From an uncultured Candidatus Saccharibacteria bacterium (GTDB taxonomy: Bacteria > Patescibacteriota > Saccharimonadia > Saccharimonadales > JBBQAJ01), in contig CAZQHP010000001.1 in the NCBI GenBank assembly GCA_964593805.1, positions 645,283-709,282 on the forward strand: 64,000 bases of DNA, in the 5' to 3' direction. Within the stretch, counting starts at the first letter, position 1, and each line of letters opens with the position of its first letter. The notes under the pieces were generated by a model. That model made no database searches and had not been told where the DNA came from. It was given only the letters and a program-made list of their open reading frames with translations. The position numbers and the translations under genes are program-made. Positions 10,837 through 18,848 of this stretch are shown here, one piece after another.

Positions 10837-11475
10837 ATGGCTTTGTTTCAGAAAAAACCGGATGTTCAAAACTCCAAACCTATTTATACATTGGGGCTGC
10901 AGAAGCATGTGCTGCTAGTGGGGCTGGGAAACGTGGGCAGGGAATATGATGGCACTCGGCACAACATTGGTTTTGAGGTAGTTGACGCGCTAGCGTCTAG
11001 CCAGGGGATTGACAGCTGGGCGGATAAAAAAGACCTGAAAGCCGTTGTGGCTACGGGCAATGTGGGCGATACTCGCGTGATTTTATGCAAACCAACCACT
11101 TTTATGAATCTCAGCGGCGAGGCAGTGCAAGCAGTTAGCCATTTTTATAAAATTGAATTGCCGCAAATAGTCGTGATTCACGATGAGTTAGACATAGACT
11201 TTGGCCAAATTAGAACTCGCATGGGCGGTTCAGACGCCGGCCACAACGGCGTGAAATCACTTATTCAGCACTTAGGAGCAGATTTTGGCCGCGTTCGCGT
11301 AGGAGTAGGTCCTAAAACTCCTGCCGAAATGGATAGCGCCGACTTTGTACTAGCCAAGTTTTCTATTGAAGAGCAGGCGCAGATCAAGAACTTACTACAA
11401 GAATCCACCGCCATCCTAACCGAATTCATACACAGCCAAACCCTCCCTGCAGAAACCCGCAATTTCTTGGTATAA
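10837..11475 (+). CDS. pth: peptidyl-tRNA hydrolase
   Basis: GLGNVGREYDGTRHNIGF and GHNGVKS motifs. I chose ATG 10837. CATAAT at 10824-10829 lies 7 nt upstream, so the mRNA is probably leaderless. Confidence 0.9.
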   Translation: MALFQKKPDVQNSKPIYTLGLQKHVLLVGLGNVGREYDGTRHNIGFEVVDALASSQGIDSWADKKDLKAVVATGNVGDTRVILCKPTTFMNLSGEAVQAVSHFYKIELPQIVVIHDELDIDFGQIRTRMGGSDAGHNGVKSLIQHLGADFGRVRVGVGPKTPAEMDSADFVLAKFSIEEQAQIKNLLQESTAILTEFIHSQTLPAETRNFLV

Positions 11476-11478
11476 AAA

Positions 11479-11860
11479 AGAGCCTGCAGAGGGTGAGTTC
11501 CGCCCGATGGCGGAACGCAAGGAAATCTTCCGATGAAAACTTGTTTTCAATCGCGAAGTTTCGGGGTCGCGGAACGCGACTGGGCACCGAACGTCAAAAG
11601 ACAAACAAAAAGGACTTCCAGAGGGGGTGGGCACCGCTGGAAGTCCTTTTTAGGCTCAAGACTTGCTTGAGCCAAAATTACACCCTTCAACCCACCCAGC
11701 GAAGCATCGATGTCTACGAGAGTGCCTACGGACACGTGCTTCCCGTCCAGGACGGAAATCTTGCGGACTCGCTTTGAATCACCACAGTGGCCACAAGGAC
11801 CACCATAGGGGTTAGTTAAAGGGGTTAGTTTGTCTTAGAGCCTGCTCACCCTAGAGTGAA
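11479..11860. ncRNA. hairpin-dense non-coding locus between pth and dprA; candidate small RNA(s), identity and strand unresolved
   Basis: The 572-nt gap has no credible ORF. It contains hairpins TTCCGCC-cgat-GGCGGAA, GTCGCG-gaa-CGCGAC and GGCTCAAG-acttg-CTTGAGCC, end-to-end complementarity AGGGTGAG (11490-11497) / CTCACCCT (11845-11852), and an internal bidirectional terminator. Confidence 0.3.
11612..11651. terminator. bidirectional intrinsic terminator
   Basis: GGACTTCCAG-15 nt-CTGGAAGTCC has TTTTT downstream on + and an A-run upstream, which reads as a U-run on -. Confidence 0.6.
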
Positions 11861-12047
11861 CACAAGATAAAAGTGGAGGGTAACAACTTTGTTTCTCAAG
11901 ACTCTAAAACAATCTAACAGTTCACTCCGACTGTAATGTCGGAGGTGTTAGAATAGGGTATAAGGTGCATAAATCCGCCTGGGCGGACTTAGGATTGCTA
12001 TTTTAGCAAAAACATTACATTATGTCAATACATAGAAATAACATTGT

Positions 12048-12905
12048 ATGAAAATCAATAAGATTACACAAAAAGACAAATCCTTTCCTGAGTCTCTTAG
12101 GCATATCCCAAGCCCGCCCAAACTTCTATACGTACTCGGAGATCTAGAGCCGCTAAAACACACCAAAGTGGTCGGTATAGTAGGCAGCCGAGCCATAACT
12201 CCTTACGGTCAACAGGTAACTAGCCGGCTATCGGGCGAGCTGGCCCAGCGCGGGGTCGCCATAGTGAGCGGCCTGGCGCTAGGCGTGGACGCCGTTGCGC
12301 ATAAAGCCGCCTTGGATGCAGACGGCTACACCGTGGCCGTACTTGCCAACGGGCTAGACACCATACAACCCAGCACTAACCGCAACCTGGCTCTCCAAAT
12401 ACTCAAACAGGGCGGGGCAATCATCAGCGAATATGCCGAAGGCACTCCGGGGCTCAAACAGAATTTTGTGGCCCGCAACAGACTAGTTTCGGGCCTGAGC
12501 GACGGATTACTGATTACCGAAGCCACTGAACGCAGCGGCAGCCTGCACACTGCCAACTTTGCGCTAGAGCAAGGCAAGGTTGTGATGGCCGTACCGGGGA
12601 ACATTACCAGCGGCAATAGCGCCGGCACCAACAACCTGATAAAAAACGGCGCCGTGCCAGTAACTAGCATCCAAGACATCTTGGCGGCGCTGGATTTGGA
12701 AAGTGAAACTACTAACGTATCCGTTATGGGCGCCAACGCCGAAGAAGCAATTATATTGGAACTCATCAAGCGCGGTATGACAGATATAAACGAACTTCAG
12801 CAAGCCAGCGAACTGCCCCCAGAACTATTCAGCCAGACCATGACCATGCTGGAAATCACCGCCAAAGTCCGCCCTTTGGGGGCTGGACAATGGGGGCTAA
12901 AATAA
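12048..12905 (+). CDS. dprA: DNA processing protein DprA/Smf
   Basis: DprA Rossmann core (GSRAITPYG, GLALGVDAVAHKAAL, TEATERSGSLHTA) plus a C-terminal winged-helix-like tail. Confidence 0.9.
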   Translation: MKINKITQKDKSFPESLRHIPSPPKLLYVLGDLEPLKHTKVVGIVGSRAITPYGQQVTSRLSGELAQRGVAIVSGLALGVDAVAHKAALDADGYTVAVLANGLDTIQPSTNRNLALQILKQGGAIISEYAEGTPGLKQNFVARNRLVSGLSDGLLITEATERSGSLHTANFALEQGKVVMAVPGNITSGNSAGTNNLIKNGAVPVTSIQDILAALDLESETTNVSVMGANAEEAIILELIKRGMTDINELQQASELPPELFSQTMTMLEITAKVRPLGAGQWGLK

Positions 12906-12909
12906 CAAG

Positions 12910-13080
12910 ATGGAAACAAAAACATACATTTGGATTGGCATAATCGTCGGCGGAATAGTCGGTGGCGCGCTAGGCGGGGCGTTAGACCACGGTAATGTTA
13001 TTGGCCTATGGGGAATACTAATGAGCGGTATTGGCTCCATAGCCGGCATATTCATAGCCTACAAACTCAGCAACTATTAA
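12910..13080 (+). CDS. small glycine-zipper membrane protein (56 aa; below the ORF-track threshold)
   Basis: Hand translation gives METKTYIWIGIIVGGIVGGALGGALDHGNVIGLWGILMSGIGSIAGIFIAYKLSNY. The ATG is 4 nt after the dprA stop, and a strong hairpin follows. Confidence 0.5.
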   Translation: METKTYIWIGIIVGGIVGGALGGALDHGNVIGLWGILMSGIGSIAGIFIAYKLSNY

Positions 13081-13139
13081 ATTCACAAAATCTCCCCCTG
13101 AAAAAGGACGGACCTTTTGCGGAGGGAGATTTTGTGAAT
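13081..13139. terminator. long perfect inverted repeat (16-bp stem with inner AAAAGG/CCTTTT stem)
   Basis: ATTCACAAAATCTCCC ... GGGAGATTTTGTGAAT lies immediately after the small membrane ORF. There is no clean U-tract. Confidence 0.45.
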
Positions 13140-13372
13140 TTGCAATTGGGAGTGTTTTGATTTAGTCTACCCATTTGCATATATAAGAATAAAGGTATAC
13201 TTAAGCGATATGGTAGGCACCCACACTATAAATATCTTTCGAGTGCGAGCCGCACAAGTGAGCAAACAAACAGAGGTACCAGGCGAACAAAGCGTATCTG
13301 TAGATACGTTGCGGAGCGGCATGCGTCTGTTTGTTGATCAGTTTGTGGCGCAGCAGAAAGGATGTTTGTAGC

Positions 13373-15664
13373 ATGGGTGCCCGAAACTTGGTAATTGTAG
13401 AAAGTCCGGCTAAAGCTAGAACTATTGAGAAGTTTTTGGGCAAAGACTACTCTGTTAAAAGCAGTTTTGGGCACATTCGCGACCTGCCAAAAAAGGGGCT
13501 AAACATTGACATTGCTAACAAATTTGCCCCTACCTACGCCGTACCGGCAGACAAAACCAAGATTGTGCGGGAGCTAAAAGCAGCCGCCAAAGGCGCCACC
13601 GTCTGGCTGGCTAGCGATGAAGACCGAGAAGGCGAGGCCATAGCCTGGCACCTCTGTGAAGCCCTGGGTTTAAAACCGAGTGAGACCAAACGCATTGTAT
13701 TCCACGAAATTACCAAGACGGCCATAGAAGAAGCTGTCAAAAACCCCCGAACCGTAGATATCAAACTGGTAGATGCCCAGCAAGCCCGCCGTATTTTGGA
13801 CCGTTTGGTAGGCTACGAACTCAGCCCCGTGTTATGGAAAAAGGTCAGGGCTGGGCTTTCCGCCGGACGCGTGCAGTCCGTAGCGGTGCGCTTGATTGTA
13901 GAACGCGAACGCGAAATCAAAGCCTTTGACGCCACCAGCAACTACAAAGTAACCGCCGTATTCGACAGTGGCAAAGGCGAACTGCCCGCCGAACTAACCA
14001 CCCGGCTCAAAACCCAAAAAGACGCCGAAGCGTTTCTAGAAGCCTGCAAACAGGCTGCCTATAAAGTTGAATCTATAGATAAAAAACCAGGCAGCCGTAG
14101 CCCGAGCGCACCATTTACCACCAGCACCTTGCAGCAAGAAGCCGCCCGCCGGCTAGGCTTTGGGGTTCGCCAAACCATGACACTAGCCCAGCGATTGTAT
14201 GAAAATGGCGACATCACCTACATGCGTACCGACAGTACCGTTTTGTCCGGCCAAGCAATCAAGGCCGCCGAGTCATATATCAAAAAAGAATATGGCGACA
14301 AATACTGGCAAGTCCGCCAGTACAAAACCAAAAACTCCAGCGCCCAGGAAGCCCACGAAGCCATTCGACCCACCAGTTTTAGCAAGCTAGCCGCTGGCGC
14401 CGACGAACAACAGAAAAAGCTCTACGGCCTTATTTGGCGCCGAGCCTTGGCCAGCCAAATGACATCTGCTGTTATTGACCGCGACGAAATCATAGTAAGT
14501 ATCAGCACTCGGGCAGAGCAGTTTTTGGCCAAAGGCGAAGTGCTCAAATTTGACGGTTACCTGAAAGTCTACGGCGGAGGCAAGGACGACGTCATTTTGC
14601 CAGAAGTCAAACTGGGGCAGACGCTCACGGCAGACGTGATTACGGCCACGCAGGCCTTCAATAAACCGTTGGCGCGATACAGTGAAGCCAGCTTGGTGCG
14701 CAAACTTGAAGAACTTGGGATTGGGCGGCCCAGCACCTACGCTCCAACCATCAGCACCATACAGACGCGCGGCTACGTGGAAAAAACCCACATCGAAGGC
14801 AAAGAACGTGAAATTACCATACTGAAACTTCAAAAGGGCAGCATCAAATCCGAACAATCCATGGAAAACTACGGGGCAGACCGCAGCAAGCTCGTGCCAA
14901 CTTCTGTAGCGGACGTCACTACCGATTTTCTGGTTAAACATTTTGGCACGGTCCTTGACTACGACTTTACAGCCAAAGTAGAGCAAGAATTTGATGATAT
15001 TGCCGAAGGCCGTGAGTCATGGGTGAAAATGCTGGAGGATTTCTATAAAGACTTCCATCCGCTGGTAGAAAAGTCAGCCAACGTCAGCCGCGAAGAAACC
15101 AGCCAAGCCCGCCAGCTGGGAGATGACCCCAAATCTGGCAAACCTATCATGGCGCGTTATGGTCGTTACGGCCCCATGCTCCAGCGCGGTGCTACCGAAT
15201 CCGAAGAAAAGCCGGACTTTGCACCCATGCCAGAGGGCGTGGCCTTAGAAGACGTGACTTTTGATCAGGCACTAGAAATGTTTAAATTGCCACGGTTGGT
15301 AGGCAAGACAGACGACGGGCAAGACATCAAGTCCAACATTGGTCGTTTCGGTCCATATATTGTAATAGGTAAATTATTTGTATCCATAAAACCGCACGAC
15401 CCAATGAAAATAACAGAGGCCGAAGCCAAAGAACTTTACGCCGAAAAGCTCCAAAAAGAAAAAGAAAAGAACATTCAAATATTTGACAGCGGAATCAAGG
15501 TGTTAAACGGGCAGTACGGCCCATACATTTCCGACGGCAAAAAGAATGCCAAAATACCAAAAGACACCGACCCCAAGAAGATAACTGAAAAAGAAGCCCA
15601 AAAAATCCTAGCCGAAGCCCCGGCCAAAGGCAAAAAACGCTTCACCCGCCGCCCCAAGAAATAA
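13373..15664 (+). CDS. topA: DNA topoisomerase I
   Basis: Toprim start LVIVESPAKA; DEDREGE; active-site Tyr region ITYMRTDS; lysine-rich C-terminus. I chose ATG 13373. Confidence 0.93.
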   Translation: MGARNLVIVESPAKARTIEKFLGKDYSVKSSFGHIRDLPKKGLNIDIANKFAPTYAVPADKTKIVRELKAAAKGATVWLASDEDREGEAIAWHLCEALGLKPSETKRIVFHEITKTAIEEAVKNPRTVDIKLVDAQQARRILDRLVGYELSPVLWKKVRAGLSAGRVQSVAVRLIVEREREIKAFDATSNYKVTAVFDSGKGELPAELTTRLKTQKDAEAFLEACKQAAYKVESIDKKPGSRSPSAPFTTSTLQQEAARRLGFGVRQTMTLAQRLYENGDITYMRTDSTVLSGQAIKAAESYIKKEYGDKYWQVRQYKTKNSSAQEAHEAIRPTSFSKLAAGADEQQKKLYGLIWRRALASQMTSAVIDRDEIIVSISTRAEQFLAKGEVLKFDGYLKVYGGGKDDVILPEVKLGQTLTADVITATQAFNKPLARYSEASLVRKLEELGIGRPSTYAPTISTIQTRGYVEKTHIEGKEREITILKLQKGSIKSEQSMENYGADRSKLVPTSVADVTTDFLVKHFGTVLDYDFTAKVEQEFDDIAEGRESWVKMLEDFYKDFHPLVEKSANVSREETSQARQLGDDPKSGKPIMARYGRYGPMLQRGATESEEKPDFAPMPEGVALEDVTFDQALEMFKLPRLVGKTDDGQDIKSNIGRFGPYIVIGKLFVSIKPHDPMKITEAEAKELYAEKLQKEKEKNIQIFDSGIKVLNGQYGPYISDGKKNAKIPKDTDPKKITEKEAQKILAEAPAKGKKRFTRRPKK

Positions 15665-15767
15665 CCCTGGTTCCCTGGGTTTCGCACTTGAGTGCTGAGT
15701 GCCAAGAACGGCTTGCAAAGGTGGGCTTTGCCCAACTTCGCAAGCTGTGGTACGTAATCCAGGGTGT

Positions 15768-15776
15768 TTATCCACA
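15768..15776 (+). promoter_or_regulatory. perfect DnaA-box consensus TTATCCACA
   Basis: Exact 9-mer in the topA / sigma-4 gene spacer. Confidence 0.35.
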
Positions 15777-15877
15777 ATTTTGTCTCTAAGCAAGTTGTTT
15801 TATAGTGATATTTGCACAACACATACTTAGTTAAAGCGTCTATTTCATGATAAAATAGTAATTAGATAGAAAAAGTA

Positions 15878-15905
15878 TTGACTTTTTGTACATTTGTTTT
15901 ACAAT
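15878..15905 (+). promoter_or_regulatory. sigma-70-type promoter of the sigma-4/Wbl operon
   Basis: TTGACT, a 16-nt spacer, then TACAAT, about 35 nt upstream of ATG 15940. A GGGAAGAG Shine-Dalgarno-like element is present. Confidence 0.45.
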
Positions 15906-15939
15906 TATAGTATTCTTACATAAAGGACAGGGAAGAGCA

Positions 15940-16971
15940 ATGCCAGAAGCAGCCAAACTACAGATTGAAAAGATTGTAACCGACGTGCTCGGTACAATAG
16001 AGCGCGAACGCGAAAGAGAAATCATCGCACGCCGTTTTGGTTTGTTTGACCGCAAAGAAACTCTGGAACAGATTGGGGAATTGCTGGGGATCACCCGTGA
16101 ACGCGTCCGTCAGCTAGAAAAGGCCGTTGTAGCCCGCCTGAAAGCTCAAGCCGACGCCGGCCAGCTACCGCACATTGCTATGGTCCAAGACGCTTTTATA
16201 GAACTGTTAGGTGACATGGGCAGCATTGCCCGCGTCAGCAACCTTAGCGCCCAGCTGAACAAAGAAAATACTCGAATAGACCAGTCCCGCGTCTCTTATT
16301 TGGCACAACTGTGCCCTAAAATAGTGGTAGTTGACGACAATGACAACTACTACCACGCCGTCGCGCTTAAATCCGTACATGACGAAAAGAAAGTCAAAAA
16401 GCTGGTAGAACAGATTTTGGCCACCGTAAAACAGATTGGCGAACCAGCTACAATTGAAGAAGTTGCCAAGACGTCCAGCCTGGAAAACGTCAAACACGTA
16501 GCAGCTCTGGCCAGCACCAGCAAAGCTTTGGCAACCCTGAACGGCCGCTGGGGACTTATCAAATGGCCAATGGTCAACCCCAAAAACATCCGTGACAAAA
16601 TCTACGTCATCCTAAAAGAACACGGCAAGCACATGCACTTCAACGAAATCGCCGCCGCTATCAAAGACAGCGACTTCAAGCGCAAAGACGTCACCACCCA
16701 GGCAATCCACAACGAACTGATCAAAGACAAGCGTTTCGTGCTGATAGGGCGGGGGATTTACGCGCTTAAAGAATGGGGTTATGAAAAGGGCACTGTAGCC
16801 GACATAATCACCCAGGTGCTCAAAAAGGCCAAAGAACCGCTGCACCGCGACGAAATCGTCAAACAGGTCCTAAAAAGCCGCTATGTCAAAGAAACTACAA
16901 TCCTACTGAACCTGCAAGGCAAACCACAGTTCAAGCGAGTAGCCAAAGCCACCTACTCTTTAGCTGAATAA
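15940..16971 (+). CDS. sigma-70 region-4-only protein fused to HARE-HTH / winged-helix domains
   Basis: REIIARRFGLFDRKETLEQIGELLGITRERVRQLEKAVVARLK is a textbook region 4.2. There is no region 2. The C-terminal HARE-HTH-like segment is KIYVILKEHGKHMHFNEIAAAI ... RFVLIGRGIYALKEW. Confidence 0.75.
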   Translation: MPEAAKLQIEKIVTDVLGTIEREREREIIARRFGLFDRKETLEQIGELLGITRERVRQLEKAVVARLKAQADAGQLPHIAMVQDAFIELLGDMGSIARVSNLSAQLNKENTRIDQSRVSYLAQLCPKIVVVDDNDNYYHAVALKSVHDEKKVKKLVEQILATVKQIGEPATIEEVAKTSSLENVKHVAALASTSKALATLNGRWGLIKWPMVNPKNIRDKIYVILKEHGKHMHFNEIAAAIKDSDFKRKDVTTQAIHNELIKDKRFVLIGRGIYALKEWGYEKGTVADIITQVLKKAKEPLHRDEIVKQVLKSRYVKETTILLNLQGKPQFKRVAKATYSLAE

Positions 16972-17294
16972 TGAAACCATTGTATGAATTAACGCTCGCG
17001 GAGTTGAGTGACAGGGTGGTTGCTTTTGGCTCTTGTCACAATGGCTCCGTAGTAAATTCAGATCTTTTTACAGCGAGAAGTGATTTTGAATTTCCGTCAG
17101 ACTTAGCTTCCAGGCAACAAATCGCAGCAGAATATTGCGGCGACTGCAGTGCTCAGATTGCATGTGTTCAGTTAGCTAAATCCCTGGGAGCTAGCTCTGT
17201 AAAAGGATCAATTATGGGTGGGTTTTATTTTGGTGGTAATTTTGTTTTGAACATAAAGACTAACACCAAAATACCAAAAAGCAAATTTTTTTAA
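16971..17294 (+). CDS. WhiB-like (Wbl) Fe-S protein homologue
   Basis: Cys pattern C22...C56-x2-C59-x5-C65; SDLF after the first Cys; turn motif SIMGG in place of GVWGG; basic tail. The ATG overlaps the upstream TAA (TAATG). Confidence 0.6.
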   Translation: MKPLYELTLAELSDRVVAFGSCHNGSVVNSDLFTARSDFEFPSDLASRQQIAAEYCGDCSAQIACVQLAKSLGASSVKGSIMGGFYFGGNFVLNIKTNTKIPKSKFF

Positions 17295-17500
17295 TTGATA
17301 GCACGTCAATTTTTAAATATGTACAAAATGCGAACAGCGGGTGGTTGGTGTGGTGGCGGGATAGAAACATAAGCTTTCAATAATTTGGGCAGTGTGTGGA
17401 AGGAGCAGTGCAACAAACAAAAATGCGAAATGCAAAATGAAACCGTGGGAAATACTGCGACAGAACACGGTGCAGAGCAACGTATCCACACATAGACACG

Positions 17501-17528
17501 ACGTCGCACAATGTATATTTTGCGACTC
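17501..17528. other. dif-like 11-6-11 recombination-site candidate
   Basis: ACGTCGCACAA-TGTATA-TTTTGCGACTC has palindromic inner arms GTCGCA/TGCGAC. It is identical to E. coli dif at 16 of the 18 inner-arm plus central positions. Confidence 0.3.
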
Positions 17529-17712
17529 GGTTGTAGCGAACATAGTTGATCAGCATTACCCCTTCTACAGGGAAGGATTAACAAGTTTCATGTTACAAGT
17601 ACCAAGTCACAAGACTTATCCCTCTGCCATAACTACGTTGTGTCGTATTCTTGATACTTGCTCCTTGTCATCACTTGCTACTTGTACTGTTGTGATGTTT
17701 GGCACATTTGAC

Positions 17713-17721
17713 TTATCCACA
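17713..17721 (+). promoter_or_regulatory. perfect DnaA-box consensus TTATCCACA (8/9 copy GTATCCACA at 17482-17490)
   Basis: Exact 9-mer in the gene-free convergence zone. Confidence 0.3.
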
Positions 17722-17908
17722 GTTATGTCGTGAAATCATTTGCTTTTTCACGCTTTTGCTTTTGAAATTTGTTTTCCCCTTTCCTACCACCAAATTGCAT
17801 AATTTTGACTTTTGCTTGTTTTGAATGTTTGGTATTGTTTTTGCCTGCTTAGCAAACATACCAATATATGAACAAATTACGAACTAGAGCAGTGCGGTGG
17901 AAGTACCG

Positions 17909-18820
17909 CTATTTGTAAAACACTTTTTCGTCCACGCGTACGTCTAGATATTCGGCGGGAACTACGCCCTCGGCGTCCAGTTTGGCTTTGGCGGCTAGAT
18001 ACGTCCCTACTGCCTGCCGTGGGTCGCTATCTATAGAAAACTTTATATAATACCGTTGGCCGTTTACCCGCACGTCGGCCTCGTTGGCGCCGCGCGGCGG
18101 CAAAGTGATTGACGTTACAGCTACCGCGTCAGTCTGTAATTGCGCGTATAGCTTTCTCAGAAAACTGGCTTCCGTTGCGGGGATAACGACTTTGCCTGGT
18201 TCGGCGGATATGCCCGTTTCATCATGTACTACCGGCACGTTTTGCAGTTCATTCGCCAATAAATCGGTTGTGCGTGCCATCACTTTGCCACCGGCGTCTA
18301 CATAGAACGACCCATTGGCGCTCATCAGCTGCAAAGCTGGCTTTGTGGGTGTCAAAACCACGGTTGGCCGACGGCCCAGCAGTGGCAGCTCTATCCGAAC
18401 GGTAGCCAATTCGGTAAACTGGCCGGCTATATCACGGCGGATTGTAGCTGTAGATATAGTTAGTTTGGTTCGGCTAAACACCGACTTTTTCCAGATAGCT
18501 TGTACGGCTTCCTGGTAGACCTTGGGGTCGCGATGAACTGTATCTGGGGTGTTTACTAGAATTATCTTGGGATTAGGCTGCAGCAGGCAGGCATTCCCCA
18601 GGGCAATCAATATTGCCGCCAGCGCGATATAGCTTGGTATGTGACCAAGACGCAATCGATAGCGTTTGAGGGCGCTTACGCCAGCATTTTCATTTCTACC
18701 AGTGTTTTGATCGCTGGGGGAGGCACCGCGAGCATAATACGAAAAAACAGCCGGGTTCACGCCATTCGGCCGCTGCCGCTGATTTTTGTCTTGTTTTTTC
18801 TGTTTTTGAAGCCATACCAT
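17909..18820 (-). CDS. ftsQ: cell division protein FtsQ/DivIB-like
   Basis: N-terminal basic region plus one TM, POTRA-like and FtsQ-like beta domain. It occupies the last position of the dcw cluster, after murG. Confidence 0.75.
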   Translation of the reverse strand: MVWLQKQKKQDKNQRQRPNGVNPAVFSYYARGASPSDQNTGRNENAGVSALKRYRLRLGHIPSYIALAAILIALGNACLLQPNPKIILVNTPDTVHRDPKVYQEAVQAIWKKSVFSRTKLTISTATIRRDIAGQFTELATVRIELPLLGRRPTVVLTPTKPALQLMSANGSFYVDAGGKVMARTTDLLANELQNVPVVHDETGISAEPGKVVIPATEASFLRKLYAQLQTDAVAVTSITLPPRGANEADVRVNGQRYYIKFSIDSDPRQAVGTYLAAKAKLDAEGVVPAEYLDVRVDEKVFYK

Positions 18821-18822
18821 GC

Positions 18823-18848
18823 TGCTTACTGCTTACTGCTTACTGCTT
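18823..18848 (-). repeat. heptamer tandem repeat (GCAGTAA on the - strand) x3.7 spanning the murG stop
   Basis: tgcttac tgcttac tgcttac tgctt on +. It encodes the murG C-terminus AVSSKQ plus the stop, and it places TAA in all three - frames just before the ftsQ ATG. Confidence 0.8.

Noticed and set aside
11479-11860. Possible RNase P RNA, tmRNA or SRP RNA in the pth-dprA gap (P1-like end pairing, GGAAGUCC, CCACCA at 11801-11806).
   Set aside because: The universally conserved cores are not present on either strand: GAGGAAAGUCCGG with ACAGAAnCCGGCUUA; the tRNA-like T-arm with an alanine tag ORF; and the GGAA-tetraloop helix 8. The region is kept only as an unidentified ncRNA candidate.
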